Below, in pieces: positions 57,856 to 64,000 of a stretch of DNA of 64,000 nt. The stretch is from Methanobacteriota archaeon (GTDB lineage Archaea; Thermoplasmatota; Thermoplasmata; SG8-5; DAIRED01), in contig JAZDNO010000005.1 in the NCBI GenBank assembly GCA_043799545.1, positions 88,313 through 152,312 on the forward strand, read 5' to 3'. Below the pieces are notes generated by a model. The model saw only the letters and a list, made by a program, of their open reading frames with translations, ran no database searches and was not told the origin of the DNA. Made by a program: the position numbers and the translations under genes. How positions within the stretch are numbered: position 1 is the first letter of the stretch; each line of letters starts with the position of its first letter.

Positions 57856-57999
57856 TTATGGCTGGATCGGGTTCCCCGCCCACGGGCCGATTATTATCAT
57901 TATTCCCGCGGTGCCTGGCGGCAGGCCGTGGTCGCACGGGCCGTGGCACGAGTTCATCGAACCGCCCTCTCCATTGCTCTCGTTTACTACATCGCTCAT
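57856..57999 (-). CDS. Putative RiPP precursor peptide, 47 aa: MSDVVNESNGEGGSMNSCHGPCDHGLPPGTAGIMIIIGPWAGNPIQP
   Basis: Manual translation (below the ORF-track cutoff); GGAGG SD 7 nt before ATG; TATA-like boxes at 58025-58032 and 58073-58082; stop is 48 nt before the rSAM start. Confidence 0.75.
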   Translation of the reverse strand: MSDVVNESNGEGGSMNSCHGPCDHGLPPGTAGIMIIIGPWAGNPIQP

Positions 58000-58255
58000 T
58001 TATTTTCCTCCCTTCAACAGGGTACTTTTATAGCGCCCCTACTCGGCGCTTCGGCACGAAATAATGGCGTTCTTATATAAATGTTGCGACGCGGGCCTCA
58101 TAAAATGACGCCATATGCGATGGAACATGCGTTCCGGCATTCATGAGGGGGGAGTCGCAACGGACGGCATGCGCAAAGGGGGAATGATGCGCGAGGGGAG
58201 GGAGCTTTACCTCTTCGTCAATGGGTGAAGCAAGGTTGGACGGCGTCCCGGGCTT

Positions 58256-58927
58256 CTACTGAGCCGACGTTATGATTATGTGCACCAGCTCGCTTGAGCT
58301 CTTGACGTTGTCGAGGGCGTTCTCCAGCGCGTAGAGCAGATCGCGCATGACCGAGATGACCCGGGGGTCGATGTCCGAGAGCATCAGGTCCTTCTTTATC
58401 GCGAAGTAGTCGTCGTCCACTTCGTGTTCGAGACGGTCCACGTCGGCGGCGTATCTTCCAATGTCCTGGTTGTTCACGCCGAGGCTGTCCATGAGTCCCT
58501 TGAGCGCTGTCACGGCCGAGACGGCCTTGAGGGTGATTACCCGGTATTTGCCCCACATCTCTGGCGGAATTTTGACGTTGCTCTCGATCAGTATCTCCAG
58601 GTTCATCGCCGCACTCTTAATCCAATCGGAGATGTGGTCCTGGCGCTTGACGAGGTGCATGAGGTCCTCCCTCTCCTTCGATGGCAGATCTCCCGTCGCA
58701 AGGGTCTCGTGCATCCTGAGCTCGATGTTGTCCGCCGCCTTTTCGGCCAAAATCACGCGCTGTATGTCCTTGAGCGCCTCGGCCTTCTCCCCGCCCTCGA
58801 CATGCATCATCGCCGTGTCCATGTCCCGCGCCGAGTCCAAAATTTTTAGCAGGTGCTCCCTTGCGGTGTCGAGCACGGTCGATTCCCTTCTCTTCCTGAA
58901 CCACGAGCTAAGCGCCTTCTCATTCAA
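58256..58927 (-). CDS. DUF47 / PhoU-like transport regulator
   Basis: EKAADNIE, REDLMHLV..QD.ISD, EHEVDD...K, LENALD. Confidence 0.88.
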   Translation of the reverse strand: MNEKALSSWFRKRRESTVLDTAREHLLKILDSARDMDTAMMHVEGGEKAEALKDIQRVILAEKAADNIELRMHETLATGDLPSKEREDLMHLVKRQDHISDWIKSAAMNLEILIESNVKIPPEMWGKYRVITLKAVSAVTALKGLMDSLGVNNQDIGRYAADVDRLEHEVDDDYFAIKKDLMLSDIDPRVISVMRDLLYALENALDNVKSSSELVHIIITSAQ

Positions 58928-60014
58928 GTTTCAACACCTCCGCCAAACCTTCCCTTGGAGTCTGATACACCAGGCAGCGGTCGGGGTCCATGTCCACCCT
59001 CACCGCTTCTCCCCTATTAAACGTTCTCGTTTCCGTGTGCGCGTCGACTGCGATGTCCTCGCCGCTCAGCAGCCTTGCCCGGTATCTCGTGAAAGAGCCC
59101 ATGAACGTGGTTTCAGCCATCGTTCCGGGCATCCCCGGTCCGTCGGACGATATCGAGCAATTCTCCGGCCTGCAGGCAACCACGACGGGCGAACCGGTCA
59201 AGAAATTCCGCTCCTCGTCCAGGGCGCGGATTACCGTTCCGTTTCTGGCAATCACCACCGCATATCGCTCATGCCTCTCGACGACAGTCCCTTCGATGAA
59301 GTTCATCTCCCCTATGAAGTTGGCTGTGAACAGGCTCTTTGGTTTTTCGTAGAGGTCTGATGGCGTGCCTTCCTCGATTATCCTGCCCGCCCGCATGAGG
59401 ACGATGCGGTCGGAAACGGACATCGCTTCCTCCTGGTCGTGGGTGACGTGGACCGCCGTGAGGCCCAGTTCCTTGACGTACCTTCGTAGCTCGTAACGCA
59501 GCGAGACCCTCACGCGGGCATCCAGAGCGCTCAGCGGCTCGTCGAAAATGACAATCTTCGATTCCGAAGCCAGCGCGCGGGCGATTCCGACCTTCTGCTG
59601 CGCCCCACCACTCAGCTCTCCCGGCATCTTGCCTTCCGAGCCTTCCAGCCTCGCCCTCGACATCATCGCCGAGGCGATTTCTCCCGCCTTTTCCCTTTTC
59701 CCCTTGACGATTGGGGAGTAGGTGACGTTCTGCATTACGCTCATGTGGGGGAAGAGGGCGATGTTCTGGAACACGTAGCCCACGTCGCGCTCGCATGTGG
59801 GTGTGTTTTCCATCTTCTTATCGTCTATGAACGCCTCCCCCTCCGTGGGGTCCCATATCCCCGAAATGATTTTGACGAGGGTCGTCTTGCCGCAACCGCT
59901 CGGACCCAGTATAGTCACATACTCTTTGTCGGCGACCTTGAGATTCACATCCTCGGCGGCCGTCACCGGACCGAAGCGCTTCGCGACCTTGCGGAGCTCT
60001 ATGCTCGGCATCAA
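58920..60014 (-). CDS. ABC transporter ATP-binding subunit (PotA/CysA/FbpC-like)
   Basis: GPSGCGKTT, LSGGAQQ, DEPLSALD, HDQEEA, TOBE tail. Confidence 0.95.
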   Translation of the reverse strand: MMPSIELRKVAKRFGPVTAAEDVNLKVADKEYVTILGPSGCGKTTLVKIISGIWDPTEGEAFIDDKKMENTPTCERDVGYVFQNIALFPHMSVMQNVTYSPIVKGKREKAGEIASAMMSRARLEGSEGKMPGELSGGAQQKVGIARALASESKIVIFDEPLSALDARVRVSLRYELRRYVKELGLTAVHVTHDQEEAMSVSDRIVLMRAGRIIEEGTPSDLYEKPKSLFTANFIGEMNFIEGTVVERHERYAVVIARNGTVIRALDEERNFLTGSPVVVACRPENCSISSDGPGMPGTMAETTFMGSFTRYRARLLSGEDIAVDAHTETRTFNRGEAVRVDMDPDRCLVYQTPREGLAEVLKLE

Positions 60015-61102
60015 TCCACCTCCAGTTCGGCAGCCAATCCAATCGACGGGACCTTGAAAAGCTTGACATGCTCCGGTGGCAGGTGTATCCAGACGGTTTT
60101 GCCCTCATCCCGGCCCGCCGCCTCCCTGGCCGTCATTTTGCAGCGCAGCAGCCCGCACTCCGTCTCCACCTCGAGCATCACATACTTTCCGAGGAAGAGC
60201 CTGCGCACGACTTTCCCATCGATTGCCGTATTCGTCTTTTTATCCCCGACGGCGACCCTCTCGGCCTTGATTCCAGCCACGCATCGGCCGAGCCCCTCAT
60301 AATCGTCCTGGATTCCTTCGATTTCAAGGTGCCTGTCAGCTTCGAACTCCCAGGCCCCATCCTCATTCTCGACCTTGCCTTCGAAGAAATTCGCCTCACC
60401 CACGAACTGCATCACGAAAGGCCGCGAAGGCGATTCGTAAATCTCCTTGGGGGTGCCGGCCTGAACCAGGCGCCCCTTTCGTAAAACCAGGATGCGGTCG
60501 GATATCGCCATCGCCTCCTCCTGGTCGTGGGTGACGTGCAGGACAGTCAAACCCAGTTCTTTGGCCAAAACCTTGATTTCGTGCCTTAGCTCTATGCGGA
60601 GTCTGGCATCCAGCGCCCTCAGCGGCTCGTCAAGGAGGAGGATTTGCGCGTCGGCGGCGAGCGCCCTGGCGAGCGCGCACCTCTGCGACATCCCCCCGCT
60701 GAGCTCCCGCGGAAAAGCGTCCTTGCGCTTGAACAGGCGGACCATCTCGAGCATTTCCCTTCCGACGATTTCCACCTTGTCCTTGCGCCATTCGCGGGCC
60801 TTCGGTCCGAACGTGACGTTGTCCCAGACATCCATGTGGGGGAAAAGGGAGTAGGTCTGGGGGAGGAAGGCAATCCTGCGCTTCTCGGGCGCGAGGCCGT
60901 CCACGTTCTTTCCGTCTATGAAGACCTCGCCAGAATCCTGGCGGGTGAGGCCGGAGATGACGCGCATCAGGGTGGTTTTGCCGGCTCCCGACGGGCCCAA
61001 AAGGGTGACGTACTCTCCGGGCTTCACGTCGAAGGAGAAATCGTCCACGGCCGTCGTGTCGCCGTACTTTTTCGTGATGCCCTTTACGACGAGGGTGGTC
61101 AT
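60011..61102 (-). CDS. ABC transporter ATP-binding subunit (second paralogue)
   Basis: GPSGAGKTT, LSGGMSQR, DEPLRALD; ATG 61102 overlaps the permease stop. Confidence 0.95.
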   Translation of the reverse strand: MTTLVVKGITKKYGDTTAVDDFSFDVKPGEYVTLLGPSGAGKTTLMRVISGLTRQDSGEVFIDGKNVDGLAPEKRRIAFLPQTYSLFPHMDVWDNVTFGPKAREWRKDKVEIVGREMLEMVRLFKRKDAFPRELSGGMSQRCALARALAADAQILLLDEPLRALDARLRIELRHEIKVLAKELGLTVLHVTHDQEEAMAISDRILVLRKGRLVQAGTPKEIYESPSRPFVMQFVGEANFFEGKVENEDGAWEFEADRHLEIEGIQDDYEGLGRCVAGIKAERVAVGDKKTNTAIDGKVVRRLFLGKYVMLEVETECGLLRCKMTAREAAGRDEGKTVWIHLPPEHVKLFKVPSIGLAAELEVD

Positions 61103-62721
61103 CCGCGCCCGCCCTCCTTCTTGGTAATGAATCGCATGGATATGATGGCGACGAAGGAAACCCCTATCAACACGATGCAAGCCAGCGCGGCCGCGTACAG
61201 GTTGTCGGCCTTGACCAGCTTCACGATGTAGACAGGAGCCGTCTGCGCAGACGACACCACGGCCTGGGTGGCACCGGTCTCACCCAGACTCCTGGTGAAT
61301 GCCATAATCGCACCCGCGAGGATGGACGCCTTGGTCAGCGGGTAAAGGATGCGCTTGTAGACGCCAAACGGTTTTTCGCCAAGCGTCCTCGCGGTCTCCT
61401 CAAGGGCGGGGTCAACGCCTTCTATCGCGCCTGCAACATTCCTCACGACCAGGGGGTAGGTGAAGGCCACGTGCGCGAAGACCAGCAGCATGAACGACCC
61501 TATGTTCACGTCCGCCCAGAAAAGGCCCAGGGAGAAACCCAGCGCCGCCGTTGGCACCACCAGCGGGACGTTGACTAGGGTGTCCAGCACGGCAGCGACC
61601 TTCTTGTTCTCGCTTCGCGTGATGATTATCGCCAGCGGTATCCCCATCGCCAGGTCTATCCCCGTGACGACCGCCGCCAGCGCGAAGGAGTATCCGATGC
61701 TCCCGCCGAACTCGCCCCAGTTCACGGCGCCCGTGACGGGCTGGGCCGCGTAGGCCATGATGAAGAACGACGGCAGGGTGACGAAGAGTATGAGAAATGC
61801 CATCGCCGACGTGTTCTTGAATCCTGCCGCGTAAGCGGTGCTTAGCCTCTTCTCGACCTTCCTGTACACCCTCTTCATCGGAAGCTTCAGCTTCACGACG
61901 GTTATTTTCAAAGCGGCCAGGAGAATCAGCGAGAGGATAATGAGGAGGATGCTCACGAAAGCCATCGCCGGCACCATCCCTCCCGCGGACTTCCATGTGC
62001 CGATGAGGACGGGGCCCGTCATGAGGGTCGAATCGATGACCGAGAGCGCAATCATCGTCCCGCCAGTCTCGCTCAGGCTGCGCGCAAGGCAGAGGATTAT
62101 CCCGGTGACGAGGCCGGCCCTGAACAGGGGCAACGTGATTGTCCGAACGGCGGTGAACTTGGACGCGCCCAGGGTTTCCCCCGCCGTTTCGTACGTCGTG
62201 TCAATCTCCTCCAGAATCGCCGCGAGGGAGCGCACCATGTACGGATACGTGAATACGATGTGCAGGAGTATCATGATGATTACCGGCGACGATACAAAGG
62301 GGAGGGCTCCGAACGGCCTTTCGCCGTGAACGGAGGTCGCCCAGAAAAGCGCCGTCGAGAGCCCCAGCGCAGCCGTCGGAACGGCCAAAGGCAAATCGAT
62401 GAGCGTATCGAGGATGGCCTTTCCGCGGAACTTCCTCCGGACCATTATCCACGCCATCGGCAAACCGGCGAGGATATCTATCACAACGACCACGGCGGCG
62501 AGCTCGAAGGAGAAGACGACCGCGTCCCACACCAGCTTGGATGTGACGGGGTCGCCCATGACACCCTGGATTCCGTTCCAGTCCGTGAAAACGTAGCTGA
62601 GGACGAATATCGTCGGGACGATGACGAGGAGTACGAAGAAGAGGATGACGAAGCCGTACCAGCCCTTTATCATTCGGCGGTTGGAGGCTAATTCCGAGAG
62701 CTTTTCCGTCAATCCCGACAT
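61099..62721 (-). CDS. ABC permease with two fused TM domains (CysT/CysW-, ModB- or FbpB-like)
   Basis: Two LP.VP.AALG repeats and two EAA loops (YETAGETLGA, LEETARTLGE), SLSET/SLGET. Confidence 0.92.
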   Translation of the reverse strand: MSGLTEKLSELASNRRMIKGWYGFVILFFVLLVIVPTIFVLSYVFTDWNGIQGVMGDPVTSKLVWDAVVFSFELAAVVVVIDILAGLPMAWIMVRRKFRGKAILDTLIDLPLAVPTAALGLSTALFWATSVHGERPFGALPFVSSPVIIMILLHIVFTYPYMVRSLAAILEEIDTTYETAGETLGASKFTAVRTITLPLFRAGLVTGIILCLARSLSETGGTMIALSVIDSTLMTGPVLIGTWKSAGGMVPAMAFVSILLIILSLILLAALKITVVKLKLPMKRVYRKVEKRLSTAYAAGFKNTSAMAFLILFVTLPSFFIMAYAAQPVTGAVNWGEFGGSIGYSFALAAVVTGIDLAMGIPLAIIITRSENKKVAAVLDTLVNVPLVVPTAALGFSLGLFWADVNIGSFMLLVFAHVAFTYPLVVRNVAGAIEGVDPALEETARTLGEKPFGVYKRILYPLTKASILAGAIMAFTRSLGETGATQAVVSSAQTAPVYIVKLVKADNLYAAALACIVLIGVSFVAIISMRFITKKEGGRG

Positions 62722-62802
62722 CGTTCACCTTAGTTTTTCAAATGAATATAGAGATGCGGGTATTAAGCGTTACGCAATAGTTGGCCACATAGCGATATTG
62801 AG

Positions 62803-62823
62803 AACTATAGAGATTCTATAGTT
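62803..62823. promoter_or_regulatory. Palindromic candidate operator AACTATAGA-gat-TCTATAGTT
   Basis: Perfect 9-bp inverted repeat in the divergent ABC/GINS intergenic region. Confidence 0.5.
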
Positions 62824-62945
62824 TTCAGGTAAAACGACAACGTGTTTTCCATAATCGCCTTGTTTGGGCACATGCCCTCGGGCGGATGCGCATGCGACGA
62901 TTTTTCTAAAACTCTAAATACGCACAAGCGTTCCCCCGGCGCGTC

Positions 62946-63560
62946 ATGTCCGAGGACGTCATTGAATTCGGGGAGGTTTCGAACATCTACAGGCTCGAGC
63001 GCGAGAAGCGCGGACAGCTCGCGAAAATCCCCGACGACTTCTTCCAGCGCCTGCGGGAGCACATCACGGAACTCCGCAGGCAGGCCGGGGTGGAGGAGGC
63101 GCAGAGCCCGGGCTCCAAGAAGGCGATGATGCTTCTCGAAGATGTGAAGAAGCTCTCCACGATGTCGGACTCGATTCACGACAGCCGCGAGAGGAAGATT
63201 GTCATCCTGGCGCAGCAGCGGAGCGACCTGTCCAAGGCGAGCCTCACCAACCACGAGCGCGAGCTCGTGAAGCACCTCCGCGAAAGGCTGGACGTTCACA
63301 GGGACATGCTGGAGGGGAAGCACGCCCATGGCAAGGACTGCCGCCCGATGGAGGGGCCTTCGACGGGACCGCATCATGAAACCGAGCGCGAAGCCATGCA
63401 GGGCAACTCGGTGCTCCAAGTCCTTGAGGACGTAGGCGAGTTCGCCACAGCGGAGCGCGATTACAGCCTCCACAAATCGGACGTGGTCAGCCTGCCGAGG
63501 GAGTTCGCGAAGGTGCTGATAGACCAGGGGAAGGCGAAGGAATTACTGGTCGCTCCATAG
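62946..63560 (+). CDS. GINS complex subunit (Gins51-like)
   Basis: Helical A domain (LAKIPDDFF...RERKI) and C-terminal B domain (YSL..SDVVSLP..FAKVLIDQGKA). Confidence 0.8.
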   Translation: MSEDVIEFGEVSNIYRLEREKRGQLAKIPDDFFQRLREHITELRRQAGVEEAQSPGSKKAMMLLEDVKKLSTMSDSIHDSRERKIVILAQQRSDLSKASLTNHERELVKHLRERLDVHRDMLEGKHAHGKDCRPMEGPSTGPHHETEREAMQGNSVLQVLEDVGEFATAERDYSLHKSDVVSLPREFAKVLIDQGKAKELLVAP

Positions 63561-63602
63561 CCATCGAGCACGCTTTGGTTTTACCCGGTGGTATAGTTAC
63601 TA

Positions 63603-63609
63603 TTTTATA
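63603..63609 (+). promoter_or_regulatory. Probable TATA box of the 23S rRNA transcript
   Basis: TTTTATA about 210 nt upstream of the mature 23S 5' end. Confidence 0.6.
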
Positions 63610-63816
63610 CCCCCGGCGTATTCGGGGGAATCCCCTGCATGCAGGTACCCAAGCTTTTGGGCCGCTTGCGCTACGCAGGTCATTGACGTGCACCCGACGA
63701 CTTAGAACTCGCCGGGGAAGGGTGGAGGCGGCGCCGCCAGGATCAGGTATGCGGCGCTTCGCCGATGACCGCCGTTCATACGCAACCTGGACGAGTGCCA
63801 AGCAGTAGGTTATACT

Positions 63817-64000
63817 GTTAGCTGCGCTGCCTGGGGAATGGTTTGGTTCGGGCGCCGACGAAGGTCGTGCCAAGCTGCGATATGCGTCGGGTAGGTGCAA
63901 GGAGCCTGTGATCCGACGATGGCTTAATGGGACTTCCTATTCTTCGGAATGGTCAGTAATGATCGGGAACGCGGGGGATTGAAGCATCCTAGTACCCGCA
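63817..64000 (+). rRNA. rrl: 23S rRNA, 5' end (partial)
   Basis: GGTTCGGGCGCCGACGAAGGTCGTGCCAAGCTGCGATA and GGGAACGCGGGGGATTGAAGCATCCTAGTACCCGCA match conserved archaeal LSU domain I; 5' boundary approximate. Confidence 0.95.

Noticed and set aside
58083-58161. tRNA gene (similar size, paired ends)
   Set aside because: No D-loop GG, T-loop TTC or anticodon arm on either strand.
34-63900. Many long alternative-frame ORFs in the track (e.g. 773-1525, 8361-9794, 12554-13012, 49777-51120, 62805-63473, 63487-63900)
   Set aside because: Shadow ORFs of real genes or rRNA leader in high-GC DNA; Arg/Pro/Gly-rich with no motifs.
1-64000. CRISPR arrays, tRNA genes, integrase or transposase genes
   Set aside because: None seen by eye; no regularly spaced repeats or cloverleaf motifs in the intergenic regions. 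A tRNAscan/CRISPR scan would confirm.

Overview
A high-GC archaeal chromosome segment, most likely Thermoplasmata. Evidence for the lineage: PolD large subunit, PCNA, GINS, Rpp21, NOB1, Pcc1, archaeosine TGT, Trm1, EF-1beta, a DUF835 protein, and a 23S rRNA with its own promoter and no 16S upstream. Most genes are housekeeping or anaerobic amino-acid-fermentation genes: Fhs, FtcD, carbamate kinase, NfnAB, and a 12-gene membrane-bound group 4 [NiFe]-hydrogenase operon with complex-I-like subunits. The most unusual elements are: (1) a 47-aa Cys/His/Trp precursor-like ORF, missing from the ORF track, directly upstream of an RRE-radical SAM-SPASM enzyme (candidate archaeal RiPP locus); (2) three Rab-like small GTPases, two sharing a conserved uncharacterised C-terminal helical domain, with a tandem pair coupled to a V4R-DUF835 protein; (3) a low-GC island (~3840-6720) encoding an RHH protein, an FtsZ/tubulin-like ORF with a gapless 102-aa internal duplication and two wHTH-like proteins, flanked by an IS200/IS605-like hairpin; (4) an orphan archaeo-eukaryotic primase next to a four-hairpin intergenic element; (5) a SerK/SbnI-like + DUF1015 + class V aminotransferase module. 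All calls come from motif recognition by eye; no database searches were run.
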